Position numbers and translations under genes: made by a program. A stretch of DNA of 64,000 bases from Candidatus Omnitrophota bacterium (GTDB taxonomy: Bacteria > Omnitrophota > Gorgyraeia > Gygaellales > Profunditerraquicolaceae), in assembly GCA_029571225.1 (NCBI GenBank), contig JAKPTF010000009.1, positions 26,925-90,924 on the forward strand, written 5' to 3'. The notes beneath the pieces are model-generated. The model ran no database searches and had not been told where the DNA came from. It saw nothing but the letters and a program-made list of their open reading frames with translations. Of the stretch, positions 54,560-63,457 are shown piece by piece (the stretch's first letter is position 1; the number at the start of each line of letters is the position of its first letter).

Positions 54560-54787
54560 CTAATGGGAGCAGTGAGAACAATCGCCTCCGGAACAACCGC
54601 TGCACCCCTGCGGCGACAATGCCCTCACGGATCCGGACCCACCCCGAGAGGAAAACGCAAATGCCGACATCAGGCGCGTGAGTTTTTCACCTCCGCATTT
54701 CGGGCAGACCAAAGGAGTCGCGCCGGAACGGATAAGCAGTTCGAATTTTTCCCTGCATTTATTGCATTCAAATTCATATATGGGCAT
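54560..54787 (-). CDS. FmdB-family zinc-ribbon protein
   Basis: 75 aa. MPIYEFECNKC...CPKCG zinc ribbon, and a Gly/Ser/Cys-rich tail. Confidence 0.8.
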   Translation of the reverse strand: MPIYEFECNKCREKFELLIRSGATPLVCPKCGGEKLTRLMSAFAFSSRGGSGSVRALSPQGCSGCSGGDCSHCSH

Positions 54788-54807
54788 TGTCCCTCCGTCT
54801 GCAATTG

Positions 54808-57639
54808 TTAAAACGCCTGGTTGATGCCGAGCCAGTAATGGGCCTTTTGCTTCGGGTCATTGAGCGGGTGTGCCGCGTCAATCCTGACCACGACACGTTC
54901 AAGGATGCCGCAGATGTTGAAATGGAACCGCAATCCGACGCCGGCGTTTTTCCTGAAATCCGCGTCATTATAAGACGAAAACCACGCTCTGCCCGCATCA
55001 AAAAACCCGACGCCCTGGATCGCGTTCAGACAAAGGATATTGTCGATCAGATACAACCGCATGTCCCTGATCAGTGGAAGGCGGTATTCGACGCCGGCAA
55101 GAACACAGCGGCTGCCCCGCACGTCAGTGCGGCCGTAACCTCGCAGGCTGTCGGCTCCGCCGAGCTCAAAAAGCCCCTTGTCAGAATGTTCTCCCCATCC
55201 GGCCTTTAGCCGCGCTGCGATCTTATGCTGGTGGCGCTCTGACACAGAGAAATATCTCTGCAATTCCATGCTCGTGCGCCAGAACGCCTGGTCCCCGCCA
55301 AGAATATGCCCGGCAAGCTCCTGGGTGGGTATCAAGCGCCAGCCAAAACCTGGGTCCCCGTAGGGACCGTACCTGCCCAGGGATCCGGTTATGCCGAAAA
55401 CAGCTTCGTTCTTTCTGCGATAGCACAAATTGCGCATATCTTCGCGGCCGTTCAAACCATCAACGGAATCGAGGCGCCTGTCCCTCAGGAAATACAGGGT
55501 CGCATGGTCATTGACGTCGAACATGCCGTAATTTGCCGGCCACAATTCGCGCCGCCAATATACCCTGCCCCCTGCCACGTCGTTTTTCTCCCTGCTGGAA
55601 TCATAGTTGAAGACTTCGAATCCCAGCGCGTTCTGCCTGCCCGCAACGCCGTTTACCTGGTACCCCAGGCGAGAATCAAAGGCCTTGCCGTTGAAATCAT
55701 ACATGGAACTCGCCCGCACGATACTGTCGTACGGCTTCTGGACTGAGGATGATATACCGAGCGAAGAGCCGCCGGCAGAAGGGCCTGCAGCGGCATTGTA
55801 CGAATCACGGCCGTAAAAAAACGGCATTTCATACGCAAAGAAGTAAAGCGGCGCAAGCCGCAGCGAAGTGCGGCGCGGCCAGTGGTTATTGGTCCGGTCC
55901 CGGTCGAGCGGAATGGCTTCATCGGGATCTATATCAACGCGGCAGGCGTCCCTGTTCGGATCCGTGGCAATCACGTGGCAGTCTCCTTGCCCGTCCCATG
56001 TGTCGCGTTGCCGCGTGCCGTCCCGGTACGACACGACGGTTTCGACCGGCATGCGCAACGCCCCCCTGTTCTCGATCGTGACAGATCCCGCGGATACGGA
56101 TCTTACCGCGAAATCGCACTGTTTGCCTGTCAAAAGCCACTGATCGAAGAATGCGTTCAGGTCAGAGCCCGATTCTTCGCCGAAGACCCGGCGCAGATCC
56201 CGCACGCTGAAATTCCTGAAGGCAAATTCTCTCGTATACCGGGCAACGGCATGGTCGAACACGTCCCTGCCGACCTGCGCCTCAAGCATGATCAGAACCG
56301 CAGCGCCCTTGCCGTAAGCCAGGGAAAAGATCGATGAAGGTTCGCGGAAACTCGACAGTTCGCCCAGGACCGGCCTGTCATATCCCGCTTTGGCCAGATA
56401 CGAATACCGGGACAGGGTAACGTTACGGAAAGAAAAGTTCGGGACAAGCCAGGCAAGCCACGGCGGAAGGTCCATGACATATGCGTTATACCCGTAACGG
56501 TCCTCGAGGTACCGGAGGATCCAGTAGGAATTCATCGCCTCGTCCAGGAACATCTCCTTGTATTCATCCGATCCGACGATGTTGTAGAACCATTGATGTC
56601 CGGTCTCATGCGACACCAGAAAATCGAAATACCTCGACAGGAACCCCGGCAGCCGGTAGAGCCTCGTATCTATAAACACGAGGCCCGACGACTGGTCTCC
56701 GCCGAAACCTAGATACGCCGGAACGATCGAGAATTCCTTATACGGATACGGCCCGAATCTCGCGGAGTAGAAACGCATCAACGCGGCTGCGTTTTCTGCG
56801 GCTTCCCGCGCAGCGGCACGGTTGCCGTGAATATAATAGGATCTGATGGTGTATCCGTCTTGCTCGAGAGAAACGGACGCGAAATCAGGAGAAATCCCCA
56901 CTCCCAGGTCACGCAAGGGGATCTCGCAACGGAAGGCCACGGTCCTGGTGCCGTCGGCATTTAGCGAGGACTCCCCCGCTACGCCGCCGCTGACGACCTG
57001 ATGGTTTTGCGGCACTGTCATGGCCAGGGAGTAATACGCGGCATCGCTGAAAAACGGCTGATGGTAAACGTAGAACGGGTATTTATGCCAGCCGGCATCG
57101 TCAAGGACGCACAGGATCGGATACCAGCGTGTCAGGGTGATGACGTTCCGGTGCCAGCCGAACCTGCCGTACGAATGAGGTATGACGACCGAATATGACA
57201 TTTCGATCGTGACGGATCCGCCGGGTTCGAGCGATGAGGGAAGGGTGACGTTAAGGATCGTTTCGTCCGCGCCCTCTATAATATAGGAAAGCCGCGCGCC
57301 ACCGCAACGGATATCCCTGATGCTCAGGTCCCCTGATTGAAAGCCCGCGGGAAACGGATCGACCTTGAAATACCCAGCATACCTGCTCATCATGCGAGCC
57401 TCGGCTCTGGTATAACGCCGGTGCGGATAGATATGAAAATACAGGTTCTCGACGGGTTTTGAAGAATTATTTGTGAACGTAACCGATTGTGTTGCCTCAA
57501 GCGAACGCCGGGCCGGGTCAAGCGCGGCTTTGATGTCGTAGCGCGGCGGCTGGGCAAAAGCGCCGCATGAGTAGCACAAAATTACGCCAACAGAACACAC
57601 CCAGATTGACAGGATTTCAGGGACGCGGCTATTTTTCAT
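54808..57639 (-). CDS. M1-family zinc metallopeptidase fused to Omp85/surface-antigen-type beta-barrel
   Basis: 943 aa. Signal peptide. HETGHQWFYNIVGSDEYKEMFLDEAMNSYW (HExxH-x18-E). The C-terminal ~330 aa has alternating beta-strand sequence (GGADSLRGYG, GVGFFDAGRAW, AGVGLRFHF) ending in ...WLGINQAF. Confidence 0.8.
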   Translation of the reverse strand: MKNSRVPEILSIWVCSVGVILCYSCGAFAQPPRYDIKAALDPARRSLEATQSVTFTNNSSKPVENLYFHIYPHRRYTRAEARMMSRYAGYFKVDPFPAGFQSGDLSIRDIRCGGARLSYIIEGADETILNVTLPSSLEPGGSVTIEMSYSVVIPHSYGRFGWHRNVITLTRWYPILCVLDDAGWHKYPFYVYHQPFFSDAAYYSLAMTVPQNHQVVSGGVAGESSLNADGTRTVAFRCEIPLRDLGVGISPDFASVSLEQDGYTIRSYYIHGNRAAAREAAENAAALMRFYSARFGPYPYKEFSIVPAYLGFGGDQSSGLVFIDTRLYRLPGFLSRYFDFLVSHETGHQWFYNIVGSDEYKEMFLDEAMNSYWILRYLEDRYGYNAYVMDLPPWLAWLVPNFSFRNVTLSRYSYLAKAGYDRPVLGELSSFREPSSIFSLAYGKGAAVLIMLEAQVGRDVFDHAVARYTREFAFRNFSVRDLRRVFGEESGSDLNAFFDQWLLTGKQCDFAVRSVSAGSVTIENRGALRMPVETVVSYRDGTRQRDTWDGQGDCHVIATDPNRDACRVDIDPDEAIPLDRDRTNNHWPRRTSLRLAPLYFFAYEMPFFYGRDSYNAAAGPSAGGSSLGISSSVQKPYDSIVRASSMYDFNGKAFDSRLGYQVNGVAGRQNALGFEVFNYDSSREKNDVAGGRVYWRRELWPANYGMFDVNDHATLYFLRDRRLDSVDGLNGREDMRNLCYRRKNEAVFGITGSLGRYGPYGDPGFGWRLIPTQELAGHILGGDQAFWRTSMELQRYFSVSERHQHKIAARLKAGWGEHSDKGLFELGGADSLRGYGRTDVRGSRCVLAGVEYRLPLIRDMRLYLIDNILCLNAIQGVGFFDAGRAWFSSYNDADFRKNAGVGLRFHFNICGILERVVVRIDAAHPLNDPKQKAHYWLGINQAF

Positions 57640-58273
57640 ATTTAAGAGGGCACGATCCGCATCGCGGCTTTGTCTTCAGGCAGTATTCCTTGCCCAGGCG
57701 GACGATGAGCGCATGGAACTCGTTGAACACGCCGGAGCCACCGGCGAGATTGCGCATGCAATACGCCTGTATGTCGCCGTAGGACGCGTCTGCCGGAACC
57801 AGACCATGGCGCGAAAAAATGCGCCTTGTGTACGCGTCAACCACAAAAACAGGCTTATTGAACGCGTATAATAGGATAGAATCTGCGGTTTCCGGGCCGA
57901 TGCCGTTCACGGACAAAAGCTGCTGCCGGAGCGCCGCAAGCGGAGCCCTGCGCATCCGCGCAAGGCTGCCCCCGTATGAGCTGTGCAGGACATCAAGAAA
58001 ATTCTTAAGCCGTTTTGTCTTTAATCGGTAATACCCCGACGGTCTGATCAAACGGGCCACCGCGCTGTTATTCATGCGGCGCAGCTTCCCGGCTGACAGG
58101 GCGCTTGCCCGCTTCAGGTTCTCGACCGCCCTGGCGACGTTTTGCCAGTTCGTATTCTGCGTCAGGATGGCACCGACGATGATCTCGAAAGCCGAATCGC
58201 CCGGCCACCAGTGCTGCGGGCCGAAATGTTCCAAGAGGATCCCATATACTCTCTGCAACCTATGCCGTTTCAC
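57629..58273 (-). CDS. endonuclease III-related HhH-GPD family protein
   Basis: 214 aa. ILTQNTNW, HhH VNGIGPETADSILLYAF (Glu where Nth has the catalytic Lys), VVDAYTRRI. C-terminus CLKTKPRCGSCPL has only three Cys before the stop. Confidence 0.8.
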   Translation of the reverse strand: MKRHRLQRVYGILLEHFGPQHWWPGDSAFEIIVGAILTQNTNWQNVARAVENLKRASALSAGKLRRMNNSAVARLIRPSGYYRLKTKRLKNFLDVLHSSYGGSLARMRRAPLAALRQQLLSVNGIGPETADSILLYAFNKPVFVVDAYTRRIFSRHGLVPADASYGDIQAYCMRNLAGGSGVFNEFHALIVRLGKEYCLKTKPRCGSCPLKYEK

Positions 58274-60273
58274 CGGCCGTCCCCCGGATCGAGAGGATTA
58301 TAATTATAGTAGGCGAATATCGTGTACGCGGTGCCTGCGACGGAACCAGTGGTCATACCGTTGGGCGTCACCCATCCGTGGCCTGTGTCGACCGATTCGG
58401 CACTGGCATACGGCAGGCACCCTTCCCCCTGCCCCGTCGGCGACGGGCTTGATATAATCATGGTGCATAACGATGCAAGATACTCGTCAGCGGTCCTCTC
58501 GTATGCAAGAGCCTTTGTCTCGACGTTTTGGCTGCGGTAATAATCGGCCATGATGCGGTATGAGATGATCATCTGTGCGGTCCATTCCGTGGATATGACT
58601 CCGCCCCGCGCCATGTGCCGGGCTGGCGCGAAATCAAATCCCCTGACGAGCGACTTCTTTCCGTCCGCGGCCGTGTATTCGACCTCAACGGCGCAATTCT
58701 CCTGGGCGAATTCCAGGATCTTGTCCGGGTTCATGCCCAGCTCAATCAGTTTTTTCGGGCCGAGCGCGGCAATGGACCATGCGTAGGTATCGGTCGCGAT
58801 CGTTGAATCACCCTTGCCGCGTTTGATGGGAATCTCCGGCCTGTCGTAACTGTGTGCCGAGAGCCACCGGAGCACTTTATCGCGGCTTGCGAGGTAGGAT
58901 TCGTTATTAGTTGCGGCATAAAGCATGTTGAAGAACGCGTAGGCGTCTAGGTTATGCTCGGTGGAATACCATGAGACCGACGGGCCGCCGACGATCCCGC
59001 CCTCCCCGTCCTGGGCCTGAAGCCTCATGATGTTCCGCGCTATATCCTCTGCAAGCGGCATGAAACGCTTATCCTGGGTTTTCTGCGAATACCGCACTGC
59101 CGCAATCCCGAGCCAGATATTCGGTCCGCTGTGGACGATATATTCGACCGGAGAACCGTCATTGACGTAGTATGCGTTGACAAACAGGCCGCTGGTGCGT
59201 TTGGCGCGCCGGCTGAAGAAATCGAGAACCTTCGCAGCCCGTTCAAAATCAGAGAAGTTTACGTATGTCTGCACCACGAGCGCCTGGTCGTACATGAACG
59301 CCATGTCCTTCAGGGCGCGGTCGCCCTCATACGACATAACAAGGCCGGTGCGCGGATTTTGATGCACAACGAGCCACCGGTACATTTTGTCAAAATTGGC
59401 CTTCTCGAGGTAGGCCTTCTTCCGGTCAAGCCGCAGCAATTCCTGCGTAACCGTATTCTCCTTCTCCTGCAGGACAATCAGCCTGTCCTGGAAACCAGTC
59501 TTGTCTTTTGTAAGCCGGGCTATCATGTCGTTAAGTTTCCGGATCCTTTCCTCCGCCTTTGCAAGCTCGCCCTGCGCCTGCTCTTCCATGGTCGCCTTTT
59601 CCTTCTCTGCCGCCTCAGCTGCCAGCTCCTGGGTCCTGCGCTCTTCTTCAAGAGCCTGAATCCTGACCTGAAGCGTCTGCAATGAACGCTGCGCGTCTTC
59701 CTTATCCCTGCTGATTTCCTTGATCTTTTGTTTTGCGCTCGTAGATTCGCGCAGGATCTCCACTAGCTGCGAGACGAGGGCCTTATTCCCCTGTATCAGC
59801 CTGTAATTAAGATACGTATCGAAGCCGAGTGCCACGGCGAACACGCAAGCCAGGGCCAGGGCCGATGGCAGGGCGATTTTTTTGATAAACGCATATTTGA
59901 CGAGCCTTGACCGATGCGTGCTATCGATCTGCACATATGACAGGCCTATTCCGAATTTGCCCGACTCCCCTGTTTTCTCCTGCATCCATGCGACGGTTGC
60001 ATGGGCAGCAACGGCAGGCCGGTTGAGCGGCATTTCGATCTTAAGCTCGATCCTGGCCTGCTGCGTCCTGACCAGCAGCAGCAGATCGGAGCTCAACTCG
60101 TGCACATGCAGCAGTATGCCGCCTTTGCCGATATTGGAGGTATATCCCTGGAGCCATTCGGAAAGAGGGGCGGATCCGTCAAAAGAATAAAGCCTGAACT
60201 GCACGGGGAATACCGAGTCCAGTCTGATATAGCGCCTGCGTTCTTCACGGAAATCAGGCTGGTGTGACATCAT
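58270..60273 (-). CDS. PilZ - TM - coiled coil - alpha-helical toroid-like domain protein
   Basis: 667 aa. N-terminal PilZ (ERRRYIRLD, SNIGKGGILL), TM LPSALALACVFAVALGF, ~130 aa coiled coil, and a ~370-aa helix-repeat C-terminus with Trp/Tyr-rich loops resembling six-hairpin glycosidase folds. Confidence 0.6.
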   Translation of the reverse strand: MMSHQPDFREERRRYIRLDSVFPVQFRLYSFDGSAPLSEWLQGYTSNIGKGGILLHVHELSSDLLLLVRTQQARIELKIEMPLNRPAVAAHATVAWMQEKTGESGKFGIGLSYVQIDSTHRSRLVKYAFIKKIALPSALALACVFAVALGFDTYLNYRLIQGNKALVSQLVEILRESTSAKQKIKEISRDKEDAQRSLQTLQVRIQALEEERRTQELAAEAAEKEKATMEEQAQGELAKAEERIRKLNDMIARLTKDKTGFQDRLIVLQEKENTVTQELLRLDRKKAYLEKANFDKMYRWLVVHQNPRTGLVMSYEGDRALKDMAFMYDQALVVQTYVNFSDFERAAKVLDFFSRRAKRTSGLFVNAYYVNDGSPVEYIVHSGPNIWLGIAAVRYSQKTQDKRFMPLAEDIARNIMRLQAQDGEGGIVGGPSVSWYSTEHNLDAYAFFNMLYAATNNESYLASRDKVLRWLSAHSYDRPEIPIKRGKGDSTIATDTYAWSIAALGPKKLIELGMNPDKILEFAQENCAVEVEYTAADGKKSLVRGFDFAPARHMARGGVISTEWTAQMIISYRIMADYYRSQNVETKALAYERTADEYLASLCTMIISSPSPTGQGEGCLPYASAESVDTGHGWVTPNGMTTGSVAGTAYTIFAYYNYNPLDPGDGR

Positions 60274-62636
60274 TTTTTCCTTTCAAGCACTACCCGCTGT
60301 TTAAGTCGCAGGCCCAGCTGTTCCATAAACGCCTTGTAAGCGGGATATTCTTCCTGGGTGACACTGCGGGCGCGCAATTCGATCGACTGGCGGAACAAAA
60401 GCGTCCGTGCCTCCAGGTCATATCGAGCGCTGAATTTCATCCATTGATTTTCTTCCTCAATCGGCCCCGGGACGTACCTGGCGTCATATCCCGGCGGCAG
60501 GTATATCGCGGTCTCGATATTCCTGGAGTCAAGCACGGGGTAGAGGATCGGATAAACCCGCGCCTTTTTTGACACCGATGACATATCGATGCTGGCCAGT
60601 GAGGGCAATATCCGTAGCCTGCCTGCGGGAATCATAAACTCTGGCCCGGCGAACGAATAACGCAGCATAAGGGGCTTGTTCAAGTCGTTCAGATTGTCAA
60701 CGGAATATCCTTCAAGGCGCGCGCCGATGGAAATCTCCTGGATCTTAGACGTAATCGTATCTTTGACGGTATCCGGAAGGGTGTACAGGAGCCAGTACCG
60801 CTGCGTCTGGTCATAGATCCCTTTGCTCGATACTGCCCGTTCGCCTGTAACGCCCTCATCGGGGCCGATCGACAGGGACAGCCGCTGGCTGACCGTATTA
60901 TGGCCGGCCGGATACAGCGGCGTGCGCGCAATCTCAAACCCGTTTTCCTTGATGACCAGAACCGTCCGATCCTGGTCGCCTGCGGGCAGGTCCCCGAACG
61001 AACAGGTCTCTGCGGTCGGGTCCATAAACGCAAGTTTCCCGTTCAGGGAGACCGCGGCGATGCAATGGTTGAACAGCATCGCGGGAAACTCCCCGTCCAT
61101 CGCGAATGAATCGCTCGTAGGGATCAGCACCGGCCAGGCTTCAAACCCCGCCTCCCTGAGCATGGCCACCAGCAAAATCGCCTGGTCCTTGCAGTCGCCG
61201 TATTTATTCTGGAATATATCGCCGGCTTGATGGGGCTCATAGCCGGCCTGCCCGTACTCAACAGCGACATACCTGATCTTCTGTGCGCAGAAATTATGGA
61301 TGGAGGCGATGCGCGCCTCGTCGGAAGATATCCCCGCAGTCAATTCTCCCACCTTCTGGCTGATTGCCGCAGTCGTTTTGATTTTATCCTTTGCAAGGGA
61401 CCACCACCAATCATAGATCTCCTGCCAGCTGTCGAACGAGGATATAAGGACTGCCGGGTTGATCTCCTCAAAAGGAGGCATCTGAGGCTCTGGTATGATC
61501 TGAGGGATATTCCCGCATTGCCAGCGGTATGTAATGCGGCCATTGTCACGCATGACAGCCGGTGAGAGACCGGCGCCGAACGAATTATACCGCTCGTTGA
61601 CGGTCCTGATGTTGACTTTCCGGGATGAAGGGATCGTGAGCTCAAACCTGCTGTCGATGACCGGTTCGGGCGCCTGCAGACTCAAAGGGATCACAAAGTC
61701 CTTCTTGTTTATGAGCTGCGACCGGTGAACGGCAACCTTATATTCTATCACCGCTCCCTCGGTTATCTCCGGGAACGAGATGATGAAAACGCGCGCGTTG
61801 CTGTAAAGCGGGAAATTCAGATACTTCGATACGTCGCGTATGTGGCGGCTGCCGACGTCGACCACCGTGCCGTCCGGACGGATCGTCCGCGCATACTCAA
61901 GTATCACTTTCTCGTCGGTCGAATCGTATTCGATCGGCGCCTCCGCGAACCGCTCTTTGCCTCGTTCGTTGACGATGCGCACGATATAATGCAGCAGATA
62001 CACCATAGTGTTGCCGGCCGTTATCTGAACCTTCTCGTCGCTTAAAAGTATGAGCGCCCCTGCCTGCGGATACTGTGCGGGTTCCGGGCTGCCTGCCAGG
62101 ATCGCCGCGACGCCGGGATCGATATCCCCTATCCTGCGGGTATTGACGGCCTTTTCAATTGCCGCGATGCGTTCGGCCGCTTTTCCGGCGAAAGCCTTAC
62201 CGCCTATGCCCCGGTAGGCAGCCAGCGCACGGTCAAACAGGTTCAGTTTTTCGCAGATCAGGCCGTGATAATACTGAAATTCGTCGTCCTTGCGCTCCTG
62301 GCGGCTGCATATCTCCAGGGCTGAGGTATAATCGCCTGACCGATACAGCGCTATGGCCTGATACTTGGCTGCATCGGGCTCTTTAGACCTGCGCAGATGG
62401 CCGATCGCGCGGTCAAGGTCGCCGTGGCTGAAGTACAGCATGCCTGCCGCTAACCGAATCCGGGACGAATCGGGCGCGGCCGCAAGTATTCGTTCATAGA
62501 GGCGTGCTGCCGCTTCGTAACGCTCCTGCGCCTCCCGGGCGTAATGCCGTGCGCGCGCGGCAGGGTCTTGAGCAAAACACCCGCATAGCGACAGAAACAA
62601 ACACCCTATCAGGAAGACGCCTCGTATCTTTTTCAA
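60270..62636 (-). CDS. TPR plus DUF3857 / transglutaminase-like / DUF3858 protein
   Basis: 788 aa. Lipobox/signal LSLCGC, N-terminal TPRs, transglutaminase core FQNKYGDCKDQAILLVAMLREAGFEAWPVLI. Confidence 0.75.
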   Translation of the reverse strand: MKKIRGVFLIGCLFLSLCGCFAQDPAARARHYAREAQERYEAAARLYERILAAAPDSSRIRLAAGMLYFSHGDLDRAIGHLRRSKEPDAAKYQAIALYRSGDYTSALEICSRQERKDDEFQYYHGLICEKLNLFDRALAAYRGIGGKAFAGKAAERIAAIEKAVNTRRIGDIDPGVAAILAGSPEPAQYPQAGALILLSDEKVQITAGNTMVYLLHYIVRIVNERGKERFAEAPIEYDSTDEKVILEYARTIRPDGTVVDVGSRHIRDVSKYLNFPLYSNARVFIISFPEITEGAVIEYKVAVHRSQLINKKDFVIPLSLQAPEPVIDSRFELTIPSSRKVNIRTVNERYNSFGAGLSPAVMRDNGRITYRWQCGNIPQIIPEPQMPPFEEINPAVLISSFDSWQEIYDWWWSLAKDKIKTTAAISQKVGELTAGISSDEARIASIHNFCAQKIRYVAVEYGQAGYEPHQAGDIFQNKYGDCKDQAILLVAMLREAGFEAWPVLIPTSDSFAMDGEFPAMLFNHCIAAVSLNGKLAFMDPTAETCSFGDLPAGDQDRTVLVIKENGFEIARTPLYPAGHNTVSQRLSLSIGPDEGVTGERAVSSKGIYDQTQRYWLLYTLPDTVKDTITSKIQEISIGARLEGYSVDNLNDLNKPLMLRYSFAGPEFMIPAGRLRILPSLASIDMSSVSKKARVYPILYPVLDSRNIETAIYLPPGYDARYVPGPIEEENQWMKFSARYDLEARTLLFRQSIELRARSVTQEEYPAYKAFMEQLGLRLKQRVVLERKK

Positions 62637-63457
62637 GAAACCGCCTCCATCTCAAGAATGCTGTCAACCCGGAAAATACGCTCCTCGTTTTTCAGAAAAC
62701 AAAATCCGATCATATAGGAATGACGCCTGTCCTGCCGGATCTCCCTGGGCAAGACTATGCGTTCCGTGACCGTGCCGTCTTCTCTGGACATATACCTGAT
62801 CTTAAGCCGCATAGCGTCATCCACGGCCTCCTGGATCTTTGACAGCTTCTGCCTGGTCAGGTCACGCAGCACCTTCTGGTCCACGCCGAACAGGCTGATG
62901 CAATGACCCAGATCCGAGATCCCTTTACTGCGCAACGCGGCCTTTAATTTCCCGAATACCTGCCAGGTAATATACACGTCGGACAGCGCCCGGTGTTCCT
63001 GCCGCTGTTCGACCCCCAGCGAATACGCGACAAAGGAGAGCGAATGGCTCTCCAGGCCGGGAAGAAGCCTGCGGGCCATCGCTAGGATGTCTATCAACGG
63101 GATTTCGTCGAAAAACCCGGTTCCGCTTGACGCCATCTCGTTTTTTAGAAAACCAAGGTCAAACGGCAAATTGTACGAACACAGGCAGGACCCTTTGATG
63201 AAATCGAAGAAACGCGGCAGCACGTCTTTGATGAGGGGGGCGTCGCGGACCATATCGGCAGAGATATTGTTCACCGCGAACGCGCCGGGAGAAACCGGCC
63301 GCTGCGGATTAACCAGGGTCTCAAACCTGCCGGACACGTTCGTCCCCCGCACGCGCAGTGCCGCAATCTCAACGATTTTGTCCCCGCATCTGGGGTCCAG
63401 GCCTGTTGTCTCCGTATCGAATATCGTCAGTTCAACGTCCTCAATATCCCTATGCAT
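62633..63457 (-). CDS. DEDDh 3'-5' exonuclease (DnaQ/epsilon-like) with C-terminal WYL-like domain
   Basis: 274 aa. ExoI IFDTETTGLD, ExoII YNLPFDLGFL, ExoIII HRALSDVYIT. C-terminus IRYMSREDGTVTERIVLPREI...YMIGFCFLKNEERIFRVDSI. Confidence 0.8.
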   Translation of the reverse strand: MHRDIEDVELTIFDTETTGLDPRCGDKIVEIAALRVRGTNVSGRFETLVNPQRPVSPGAFAVNNISADMVRDAPLIKDVLPRFFDFIKGSCLCSYNLPFDLGFLKNEMASSGTGFFDEIPLIDILAMARRLLPGLESHSLSFVAYSLGVEQRQEHRALSDVYITWQVFGKLKAALRSKGISDLGHCISLFGVDQKVLRDLTRQKLSKIQEAVDDAMRLKIRYMSREDGTVTERIVLPREIRQDRRHSYMIGFCFLKNEERIFRVDSILEMEAVS

